A stretch of 63,925 nt of DNA, filler included, from Reticulomyxa filosa (Eukaryota; Protista; Foraminifera): assembly GCA_000512085.1 (NCBI GenBank). It is 18 parts of 18 records of this genome, joined end to end, with 100 filler letters (N's around TTAATTAATTAA, not from the genome) between each part and the next. Parts side by side here need not be neighbours in the genome. Positions count along the whole stretch, not along the records: positions 52,514 to 61,049 come from ASPP01015016.1; positions 61,150 to 62,738 come from ASPP01002984.1; positions 62,839 to 63,925 come from ASPP01045003.1; 15 more parts are not named here. One strand, written 5' to 3'. Shown here piece by piece: positions 52,643 to 63,925 of the stretch. A model generated the notes under the pieces. The model was not told where the DNA came from. It saw only the letters and a program-made list of their open reading frames with translations, and did not search any database. Position 1 is the first letter of the stretch, and each line of letters opens with the position of its first letter. Made by a program: the position numbers and the translations under genes.

Positions 52643-54692
52643 TACCGTCCAAATATTTCATATCACTTTGGTCACGTTTTGATCTTGAATATTCGCTGTC
52701 AGATAGTGGCAAGTATTGCGATTTGATTTCGTTCTCATCTTGTGCTGCACGAAGACGCTGCTCCATTTCTTGCAGATCTTGTGGTAGTGCATGCAGTGAC
52801 GTGTTGACATTGGCAATTAAAAACCAACGCCACCAAATATATAAACTGCTCACAATTTCGGCCACTTTCACTTTGATCTCCTCAAACTTGTTGCACTGAG
52901 CTCGAATTATCACACACGCAACGGCATCTTTGGAAATGCTTCGCATGGGCTCAAACTGCTTATATGCTTTGGCTCGACGAATTTGCACTCCGACACGCAA
53001 GTTCTTTTGATTGGGGCCACACTTCACTGTTGTTTTGTTTTGTTTTGTTTTGTTGTTTTAGGGAGCATTTGGCCCAATTATGTACGTATACACATACATA
53101 GTAAAATAACCAAAATTGTTATACAAGACAAATAAATTTGTATACAAAATTAACTCATGGCCACAAAAGGTAATGCATTATCCTTTTTGACTAAGTTCAG
53201 CACGTGACGACTCCATGGCAATGTTTCTCCGTTTTCGAAAAGTGAGAAAACAGAGATTGGTGCTGGGGACGCTTGCAAGAGGCGATTCAAGATGGGATCA
53301 ATAATGTTGAAGTTGTGATCGATTAAGAATGCGTACCCTTCCAATTCGGGACTGAACACAATATTTTTACGCATTTCATTTTCTTTGCTAATATCGATCT
53401 CGTTCGATCGCAATAGCACTAAGCAAATTGTGTGAGAGCAACAAAATTACGTATACATATAAATATATATATATATATGTACATATATGTATAAATATAC
53501 GTATACATATAAACATATACACATATATGTACATATATGCATACATACCTCTCATTTTAATATTGATAGCAGACTTTCTCAAAAGGGCTTGATCCAAGAC
53601 ATTTTGGCTTTGTTGTCGTTCAGTAGCATATCGAAGGAAGCGTGATTCTTCTCGGGCATTTTTTTCTTGTTCGGTGAGATGTGTTTCTCCTCGATCATCT
53701 TGATAAACATCGCGATAAATTTTCTCGACGATTCCAGTTTTATTTTGAAAGACTTGGGAAGACGATTTGCCATACAAGTTGAGCTCCCGCTCTTCTTTCA
53801 GAGCATCATCTGCGGCCAAGGGCGGATAAAAAGTCAGTTCGGCGTCGTCAAAGGCGAGTGACTTTTTGAATTCCTGGCTGTCAAACAACTCGTTCAATTG
53901 TCTTTTGACCAGCATTTCTTCCTTGCAATAGTAACGTATCAGTGAATAGCGTCGGAACTTCATCACTTGGGCGCTGTGATATCTGCGCAAATTGCTATTT
54001 TCTTTCCAGTACTCGAGCAGATTGATGAAGCGCTTGTACTCGTCGCTGTGCAGCAATTTCAGTTGGAAGTCGATCACCACAAGCAATATTATATTATGAA
54101 GAATCGGAGTGTCTTGAAATGGACTCCGACAATTATTTTTGGGAGGACAATAGCCCGAGCCATTGCTATATAATTTCTCCACGCCCAACACGCTCGACCA
54201 CGACACGAATCCATGCGATTTGTGGTGTTCGGGAGGTATCCATGGCAATTGGTAGAATATCGATAGTGATAGCACACACCAATTGTATAATTCAACCCAT
54301 CCCCTTTTTTTTTTTTTTTTAGTTAAAAAAGTGGAGTGAGGAGAAAAATTATACATATAAAAAAAAACAATGGAACATACCACCAACGTATAAGCTTTTG
54401 ATGCTCCGAAGGCTTTGCGAAAAACAATAAGCAAAAGGGGAAAATTAAAAAGGCGGTACTCAAAACGTTGACATTGCGAATGCCAAAGGCGAACATAATA
54501 ATGAGCAATACTTTGTCGCAATACAATAACGTGTTCACTTTGATTTGCTCCCACAACACGTCGGCCTCTCGATCCACATTGGTTCGAACGCGCAGCTCCT
54601 TTTCCAACTCGCCAATGCCGAGACGCTTCCTCCACCACAACTCCTGTTTGCTCCATCGCGGCTTCGCGAGCAAAGGCTGTCCAGCGATGCTC

Positions 54693-54723
<31 letters not shown>

Positions 54724-55370
54724 CTTCTGCTGCTGCTACTACTGCTGCTGCTGCTGTTGATTGCAGATTCGATTGCGTCTGCACCTGCGACTGTATAGGC
54801 GTCGGCTTATCCTCTTGCAATATTTCCCACGTGAAATAGCAATATTGCAATGCCACCATCAGATACGCGAAGAAATCCAAATACAGATCTTTGGCTCTAT
54901 AATTCACCATCGGCAAAAATGACCAGTACTCCACGTTCGAGGACGATGCAAAGTCGTAATGGAAGTGGAACCAATTTTTCCATTTCGTGTTGATCTCATC
55001 TGGACGCTTTATAGTTGGAGTGTTATATATTTATTTCCTTAATGCTGACAAAATAAATAAATAAATAACATAAAATAAACACAACAACAAATGAATTACC
55101 AATTCGTAAGGAATAACCACCCAATATTGCAATAATAACCACAACATCATGATGATGACCAAGGGACTCCATATCTTGCGCAAGTAAATGCTCCCTTTGC
55201 GATGTCGAGCCACTCCAATGATATACAATCCACACACCACAATCACATAGATTACACTCATTGCATTCTTGCGATAAAACGCGCAGAATAGCAACAGCAC
55301 AATGCACATTTCTAATCCTAGTTTCTGTTATTTTCATCAAGCAGCAGTATTACACACACACACACTATAT

Positions 55371-55413
<43 letters not shown>

Positions 55414-56076
55414 TGTATGTGTATGTATACGTATATGTAACATATATGCAAAACTTTGAACATATCCATAGCCCAATGAATTAATCTCTTACCAGTTCTT
55501 CGGGCAAACGACTTGATGACACGTCTGGAAAATTTCACATGTGTGCGGACGACCTCGGAACTTCCAATGGGCTTGAGTTTTTTTGTAGCGCTTTGTGACG
55601 ACGGCATACTGGGATGCTGATCGACATCGTTTTCTTGTTCGTCCTTTGTTTTGCTCTCGTTATAAGATGCCTCCTGGTCTTGATCATGATCGTCTTCGTT
55701 GTTTGTATAACCTTGTTGTTCTTCATTACCTTTATATTCTGAGTCTTTGGTGTCGCTTTTGGAACTGTGGTCCAGACTCGAAGGATATTGACTTAGCAGT
55801 GCCGTGGCGGGATCTTTTTTCTTTTCCTCCTCTTTGTCGATTTCCTCAGCCTCGTTCACTTCTTCAATCGTGTATTCGCCCAACAGAGACTTGTTGCCTT
55901 CAAAGTGCAGCGGGTCGTCATCGATCGGAAGGCTGTCAAATTCGGTGAACGTCTCGCGCGCGATTCCGGTGGCGGCATTCACGTCGGCATTTCTGTGATA
56001 ATTCTGGGCACTCATCTCTTGCACCACTTGGTCTTCGTAATAACGACGACTTGATTCTGTTGATTGAAATAAAAAC

Positions 56077-56127
<51 letters not shown>

Positions 56128-58485
56128 TAATGAATATATATATATAATATATTATATATATATTCATTATTGTTATTCCCCTTTTTTTTTTTTTTTTTTT
56201 TAATCGTTGAAAGATCAAAAAATACACCAAACAAAACTCCATTTAATGCCATTGCGATCAACCCAACGCAACAAAACAATTTGCAAGGTGGCCAAGACGG
56301 CAATGGTCAAATCTTGAGCGACGTGCCTGTAGGTCTGGAAGATGGAGGCGGATTGGGGATCGTAGGGTCCATTGGTGTCGCCCCACGAGTGGAAGCCAAT
56401 GACGGACCAATTGGCGTTATGTTTGGTGCGAAAGTAGTGGAATTCGAACACATAGCGCAAGACAAGGACGAAGCAGCTGAATGCGCCCAGAGGCACCCAT
56501 AAGAAGTCGAGCAGACTTCGAAAGGGCAAGAACAGGACAATGACGGCCAGATAGGTGAGCGAGATCAAATTGACGCGATCGACAATGAAGATGAAGCTGA
56601 CAACAGCGAGGAGTTTGCCCATGTGCAATTGTCCCAAGTGAAGGGCACGATTGAACAGTTTGACCATTTTTTTTAAATATAAGTTGCTTTTTGCTCCAAG
56701 CGATTGAGTTTGAAGAACATTCCAAATTGCAGGAAAGAAATAATGAGCGCCAGAACGGGACCGATCATTGGGTTGATGATTGCAAACAGGTCATCTTGTT
56801 TTTTGCGTATTAATCCAATGTCTTCCAATGACAAATACTTTTTTTCCCACGATGTCGGATACAAGGTATTTTGCAGATAGTGTTCCACAAATGGATATTG
56901 CACGGCATACAGCAATACAAATGCCAAGACACAGTATGACATGACCAATAGCCATAATACACGCACCTTGCCCCATACGTGATCACTGTATTGATGACAC
57001 AGCAAAGCCAGCAACACCAACACAATGTATCCCAAATTGATCACATGCAAGTCCGACAATCCCACGCACAAGAATACGAAATAACTAATCAACAGCCATC
57101 CATCCATAGGCATAAAGTATAGCACGTATACCACTGCAAAACCGAGGCTCTTTTGACGGGTCGATGTGTTCTTCAATATGTATTCGCCAAACAAAAATTT
57201 CGATACGTTTAATGTTTCCAAGTGATACCGCACAAAGTTGTATTGAATCAATAGAAATATCATCAGCAGCGATGGGTAATAGATCCCGACGTACTCATGC
57301 CTCACACTTGGAGCCAGGCCAATGTCATTCGCCAATGTGCTATTCATTCCTATTGAAAACAGTTCCACAATGTAGCGCGTCAATATCACCACTCCATTGT
57401 ACACCACCAATAGTCCCCAGTACTTTTTCGCCATTTTATTTGACGTCACAAACACCACGAAGAATAAAATATATACGAAATGCAGCAAATCCGTGTGTTC
57501 CATTGACACGATGAACACGAGCATTAGCACTGCCTTGTCACTCACTGCAAAAAAGCCGGACATGAAGACTGCATGTTTGTTCGTTTTTTTTTTTTAAATT
57601 ATTCCCCCTCAATGATGAGTTTATGCATGTGCGCGCACGTTGCAAAAAAAAAAACTAAATAAATAAACATTATATACATATACATATATACATATATATA
57701 TATAATGTTTATTTATTTACATTTCCACATTAACGCCAGGAAGGAATGGATCTTTTCCCACGTAGATAAATAGTTGGTTCGACGACACCCGGCACGCACC
57801 AACTCGACAATTAAATCATTGTAGCGCTTTTGAAAGGGCACATTGGTGGGGTACTTGTTTCGGATTTGGATGGCCTGTTGCAAAGGCAAGCGTCCGTACA
57901 TGTCGCGTGCATTGCAGTGTACGTAAGGTGCAATCCAAGGGATCAGCTCCGTGGCGCCATTTTCGACGCAAGCATGCAAAGCATTTCCTCCTCGATGCGA
58001 TCGTAGACGAGTCCAGTTCAATGGACAAGTCTGAGTTACTTTTTGCGCGTCGACAATCTTTCGTCCGGCAATGATGGCCATCAGCACTTCCTCGTCAAAC
58101 TTTTGATAGTGTTGCGAGTGCGTCCACGCGGACAATACAAGAAAGGGGACACAAGAGAAGAACAAATACGCACCGCACTTGTCTCCAAAGTCATACAAGC
58201 CAAAGTCCTTCAGACCGTGGTTGTGATCAGTGATCAGTTGAGGGATGTAAAACACAAACTTGAGCGATGAGACAAGTACCGAGTAGATGATGATGATGAG
58301 TGCAAGTCGGTAATACATCGAATGCGTTTTGTCATGCGGCACAAACAATGATAAAAACGACCACAGTAATATCACTACATACGTGGCGTCTTTGTGCGCC
58401 ATGCAAATCCATAGCAAGCTTATTTGGCATATCAAAGGACCGTTTAAAAATAGTTTCCATTTCAGCCATTCGTTCATACGTTCCC

Positions 58486-58518
<33 letters not shown>

Positions 58519-60238
58519 TAAATATTTATTTATTTATTTATAACGTATACGTATATACAAAAAAAAAAAAAAAAAAAAAAAAAAACAAACAAACCAAGCA
58601 ACTGGAACAGTGCCTCCAACGCTACTTCGACGTCGCCTTTTACTTTCTTTGGCAACGAAATACTCGATCAAATCTCTGATATTGGACGCATCAGGTTGTC
58701 CCGAGTCTTTGCGTTTGCCAATGAGAAGTCGCGTAATGTATTTATCGTTAGGCGATGCGCTTCGCTCGGCTTTGTGTGGTTCATTTGCAGCATTTGCACT
58801 TGCATTGGCAGCAGATGGGCCTGCAGAGTTATGTGAGCGTTGGATTTCAGATTGGATCTGATGTGCGATACTCGACGCCAGGTCGTTTTTGAAAGACGGG
58901 ACACTCAGACAGCTGCGATTGCGACTGGCAGACAAAGCCGGAGTAGTTGGCAGCAATAGCAACTCGTCTCGGTCTTCATGTGCGTCATGACCACGTCCTG
59001 GATCTTGTGTTTTTTGAATCGAGGTTGATGGCAACTCCAAAACATCCAGCTGCTGCTGCTGCTGCTGCTGCAATTGTTGGGGTTGTATTTGTGGCAATGA
59101 TCGAATCGGAGTATCCACGTCTGTCGACTCCAACATTTGCGTATACGTGTTTCTGCCTTTTCTTTTCTTCTTCATCATCATCATCGTCATCTTCTTCTTC
59201 TTCTTCTTCTTCTTTTTGTCCTTGGACTGCACAATGGATTCCGAATGTGCTTTGGGGTGGATTGGGGAGAAAAACGACGACGTAGTGGACGAGTATTGCG
59301 GACGCATGTTCGAGAACACGTGCTTCTCCCGCAAATGCACGTAGCGATAGTGCACGAACGTCGCACGCAGGTTCATTAGATAGCACAGCGCGAACATAAA
59401 CAGCGCTTGCATGAGTTGCGGAACTAGTCGAGTATTTTTAATGTCCGCATACGGAATTAACTTCACGTGGAAATACCCAATTCCCAACACGTTCAACGCG
59501 CGCTCATTCGCGCTGTTGTGAATGCTTTCCACTTGGAATATGCAAATCAGCAATAAGTGCAATAACATATATGTCGTGCCAACACTAAATAACCACTTTC
59601 GCGCATATCTTTCATCCAATTTTTTTTTTATTTTTTTTTTTCATGTACGCATACGTATATCAAAAAAAAAAAAAAATATATATATATATATGTATATACT
59701 ATATATGTATATAAACATATATAAATATATGAAATAAGTACACATATAATATATACATATTATATACATATATATATGTATATGTATATAAATAATCAAA
59801 CTGCCAAAATCGTTCGCTTTGACCAACGATACAAATGCAAGTCATGACAATAAAGTAAGGGATAGCCAACATACTTGGCGACGCCACGGCGACGGCGACT
59901 AAGAGCACGTAACACAGCCCGCGATACCAAACGGGCAGCTTGAACTTCAACTTTTTGATGTCGTCCGAAGTGGACTTGTTTCCGAATGGAGAGCGTCGAT
60001 TGGGGGTCATTGGACTCTCTGTTGTCTCCAGTTTCTGCGGATGCATTAATGGAGAATGTTCGTTCGTGTCTTTCCCTTCGAAACTTTCCAAACGCAATTT
60101 CTCATGGACGTTAAACAAATGCAAGGATGTCACTCTTCCAATTGTTGTTCGTTTCGTTGTACTTTCCAATATTTGCTTGTGACGATAGTGCATGGCTCTG
60201 TTCACAATAACAAATACACAAAAATAAATAAATAAATT

Positions 60239-60275
<37 letters not shown>

Positions 60276-60998
60276 TAAATAAGATATCCATACATATAAA
60301 AACTAAAGGTACATACAAGAAAGAAAATAAAAATAATAAGCCATTCAAAGTGAAGTAGACAATCCAATCCCAGACATTGTCGTAATGAAAAAAGCCCCAG
60401 TCTTTTTGCCATTGCTTTCGTCCAGAAGTCACATCTGCGACAATCAATATTTGCACTATCACATCCATCACAAGCACGCAAAGACAGAAGACTACAATCA
60501 CTGTGTACAGTTGTCCGTCTACGCCATATTTCGGACGTGTTCGTTCTCGAACACTCTATCGTTTTCCATTTCCATTCAACGTATATATACATACATATAT
60601 ACACAGATATGTACATATACATATATATACGTATATGTTGTATATGTTCGCTCATTGCTGTTATTCTTTTTTTTAAAAAAATAAAATCTGTTTGAAAGAG
60701 AAAAAGAGAGAGAGAGAGAGAGGGAAGGAAAAAAAAAAAAAAAAAAGTATTTTGAAATGAAAACAAAGTTTGTTGTTGCAATTTGCACCAAAGGCTATTT
60801 AAACAACAACAACAACAACAAAAAAAAAGAAGAGATTGGACAGACTTGTTTATTTTGGTCAGATCGAACAGAAAGTTGGGATTGAAGCCCTGGGTTCACC
60901 TTTCCTTGGTCACTTATTCCCCGCTCCCGATCAAACATACGAATCTTGGGAGTAGAAACTGCCCCACTTCCTATTGCAATTGCTTCTTCAGATAGCAT
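52514..60998 (-). CDS. PIEZO: Piezo-family mechanosensitive channel: blade and beam, multi-exon; pore module lies beyond the contig end
   Basis: Successive 4-TM units in Piezo order: AVASPSMLAIPYF (cf. AHPSAFSSIYL); LLWICMAHKDATYVVILLWS (cf. VWSIMYHSWLTFVLLLWA); LWLLVMSYCVLAFVLLYAVQY..LEDIGL; QLHMGKLLA (cf. ELHVFKLVA); KLGLEMC (cf. KFGLEIC); LYLDFFAYLMVALQ; then DFQLKLLHS followed by a long beam-like helix. Confidence 0.88.
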
Positions 60999-61013
60999 GG
61001 GCTTTCATTTTTT

Positions 61014-61049
<36 letters not shown>

Positions 61050-61149
61050 NNNNNNNNNNNNNNNNNNNNNNNNNNNNNNNNNNNNNNNNNNNNTTAATTA
61101 ATTAANNNNNNNNNNNNNNNNNNNNNNNNNNNNNNNNNNNNNNNNNNNN

Positions 61150-63925
61150 TTTTTTTTTTTGAATAAATACTTATTTTTTGAGTAATGACTTTTTTCTGAA
61201 AGAGAAAAAGTTTTCCCTTTTTAGAAAAGTTCTCTTAAACGTTACGAAGGTGGTTTGGCTCTTCTCTTTTCAAACAACTAAACAAGCCAAAGTATACAAC
61301 ATGGAGCTCGCTTCTCGGGATTCCTTCTTTGCAAAACTGCAACAGTTACCGAAAAAGAAAGAATAGAGTCAGTGAAAACTTAACACACCCAAAATAACAA
61401 CATCATTCTAAAAAAAAATACTGTCATTGCAGCCTAAACAAATACGTCTGTCTATTGTGGTCTCTCCTGATTGGCAATATTCAGATTGACGTTGTATATC
61501 TATCTTCACAATCAAAATAGGATATTAATTTTTGTTTGTTTGTTTCGAAAGTGAATAATGCATGAAATTATTCATAAATAAATCAGATATTCGATCAACA
61601 CCATTTCCACAATCAAAAATAAAGTCTACAACATCATCTTCTATTCATGATTGAAATTGATGGTCAATAATAATCAGTACGTGGAATTATAGAAAATCAT
61701 CACAACAGTAGGGTCAATTGTTACAACGAAGTTTCCCAATGTTAATGTACGTATTTGTTTTTTTTAGTACTTTGTTACCAAAAAACTTTTTTTATTAGAT
61801 CATGTTTTTATGTTTTTTTGTCGCTGTATTGTTACCAAATAAAGAAACAAGCTAAAAACTCATTCAAAACATTTCGAGTTTAATACTTCAATACTTTGAC
61901 TATCCAAAATAAAAAAAAACAAAGAATAAAAAAGTTATCAATCATTCAATTTGAGTGTTCCTTCTTTTTTGGAATTATCATAAGCGGGAAAAATATTTAA
62001 CACCAAAAACAAGAAAATCCCAGATAGATGTACACGCAATTAACCCGATGATACCTATCAAAACATGTACATCTTCATATCATAATTTCTGAACATTCCA
62101 GTAGTGGGAGATCGGATTAACAGACATAATTTATTCTATTTTTAAAGCTGTGATCTCTTATCAAAAACACAGTTTAAAAAAAGGTTTCTCCCATAGAATC
62201 CTTGACAACGGAGAGAACTCAACTAGCTAAACGTGGACAAAGTTTGCAATTGGTCTTTAAAGTCAAGATCCTCCAAGAAAACATGACACCACAATTTCGA
62301 CAACTTGTGGAAACACTGCAACGACGATCGAGTGTGCGTCAAGACCGCAGAGTACTAACAACGATAACAGATTCTAAAAATTTTGAGCAGTCTGGACGAA
62401 CAGAAAAAAGACAACATTGTGACAAAGAAACAACACGAACCAGCTTCTTCACATATCTTTTCAAAAAAATTTGTAAACAAAACCACATTGGACCAAATCG
62501 CAAAAGTCTATTCCATCACTCACAGTCGCCGACTTGCTAACTTTGACGACGGCACACCTGTAGACAACAATGATGTGAACCAGCAGTCGATGATCTGGAA
62601 AGTGCAAGATCGTACAAGAACTCACTATGGTTACACACACACACTACTCAACAACTTCGTGATTATGTCGTTGGTAATTGAATTGCATTAACTAACAATA
62701 GAAAAGGTATTTTTTAAAATATACTTACATGTTATGTANNNNNNNNNNNNNNNNNNNNNNNNNNNNNNNNNNNNNNNNNNNNTTAATTAATTAANNNNNN
62801 NNNNNNNNNNNNNNNNNNNNNNNNNNNNNNNNNNNNNNAAATAGTTACCTTTCTTTTTTTTCCAATAATCTCCAATTAATGCGTGATTTTTGTGCTTGTA
62901 TAGATTTGACATAAAAAATGTATCCCAGTGAAGGCCTTAGAATTATTAATAATTTGGTAACACCATAGTCGGCACATAGTACGTATCCGTTGCTGACCAT
63001 GTTTGGCCGAATTGTGATCATTGAACGATTTTCCTCGGTTGCAAATGATATTGGCAAAGTATATTATCCACATGGCCACCTCCGATAATATTGTGCTCCA
63101 TTATCTTCTATTCAAATCGCATTTGAAGACCAATCAAATACCGAGTACTTTGTGAATACAGCTTCCAATTTGTTAATGTCGCCGCTGACAAGTTATTGCA
63201 TCATTCCTCTGGAAATTGGTGCGAGCACATGCGCATTTAGTAGCGTCCAGAAAAAAAATGAACATCCGGATCGCACTCAATAATCTTGGAATGGCTTCGC
63301 AAATGTATCTATTTGCATATATCCACAATTACACTGTCGACCACGAGTGACCATAGGAGATGACAAAGGCAACGTGCTCTATTTCAAGGTATATATTATT
63401 TGAATCATATTTTCAATTGTTGTAATACTGTCTTAATCAATATAATGTTAGCATGTACCTTTTTATTGTAGAATGATGTACTCCAGGTTTGTATTAAAAC
63501 CAAGAAAAAGATGGATATTGATAAGAAGAAGAAGAAGAAAAAAAAAAAAGATTAACTTAAGGAAAGAGAAAAGAAAAAAATAGCGGCAAAAATATCGACG
63601 AATATTATTAGTGACATATGAATTGTGTCAATAAATATGATAAATGATGATGGTTGGTATATATGTTGATACAATAAAGTAGATTGTATGGACGAATATG
63701 TCAACACAATGGTGAATATGCATGTCGACGTCATTTATGGATTTCAAAGATTATGAATAATTATGGAGATATTTCATTCGATTCGCTCCAACTCGTCAAT
63801 GCACAGAATTTTTCCAAATATCTATCATCGTTCTGTACATGGATTTGTGATTATGTTCTTTGGTAATCCCTCACCCCCCCCTTGATATCGACAGATCAAA
63901 GATATTGAAACATTTCCAAGATACT
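61150..63925 (+). pseudogene. Decayed coding-like remnants on two contigs, family unassigned
   Basis: Overlapping short ORFs that switch frame (62202-62691), intron-like T/A tracts and many stops. Confidence 0.3.

Noticed and set aside
46630-61049. Functional cluster of 7TM-RGS, Vta1, NUDT19 and Piezo
   Set aside because: Piezo is on a separate contig, and the other genes have no evident functional link.
5598-62838. Recurring TTAATTAATTAA palindrome as a biological repeat or CRISPR-like array
   Set aside because: It always sits centred in exactly 44+44 Ns, so it is an assembly linker.
1-63925. tRNA, rRNA, snRNA genes or CRISPR arrays
   Set aside because: None recognisable by eye; an Infernal or tRNAscan run would be needed to exclude them.

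Overview
This is not one continuous locus. It is 18 short contigs joined by identical artificial 100-bp linkers (N44-TTAATTAATTAA-N44), so adjacency across linkers carries no information. Seventeen contigs are AT-rich eukaryotic DNA full of introns and microsatellites. The amplified Kelch-like family, the many pseudogenes and the intron style suggest the foraminiferan Reticulomyxa filosa (inference, not checked). Recognisable genes: ABCD transporter, PZP/PHD chromatin reader, NIPA Mg2+ transporter, CSN6, DEDDh exonuclease, orphan 7TM, Ras-family GTPase, COG8, Cys-type SelM/Sep15 homologue, Kelch-like gene plus pseudogene, FAIM-domain protein, PHD protein with a Castor-like finger, RPEL protein, 7TM-RGS, Vta1, NUDT19-like hydrolase, and the N-terminal blade and beam of a Piezo channel. 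One contig (11356-12714) is GC-rich and bacterial-like, encoding a GH2 beta-galactosidase. There are also decayed Tc1/mariner and tyrosine-recombinase remnants. The most striking observation is that the Piezo has ankyrin repeats inserted in a blade loop, followed by an extra 4-TM unit. Intron signals are also atypical: GTT donors, poly-A before the AG, and TnAn hairpins. Exon boundaries and family calls were made by eye from recalled motifs; several frameshifts at A/T runs are probably sequencing errors.
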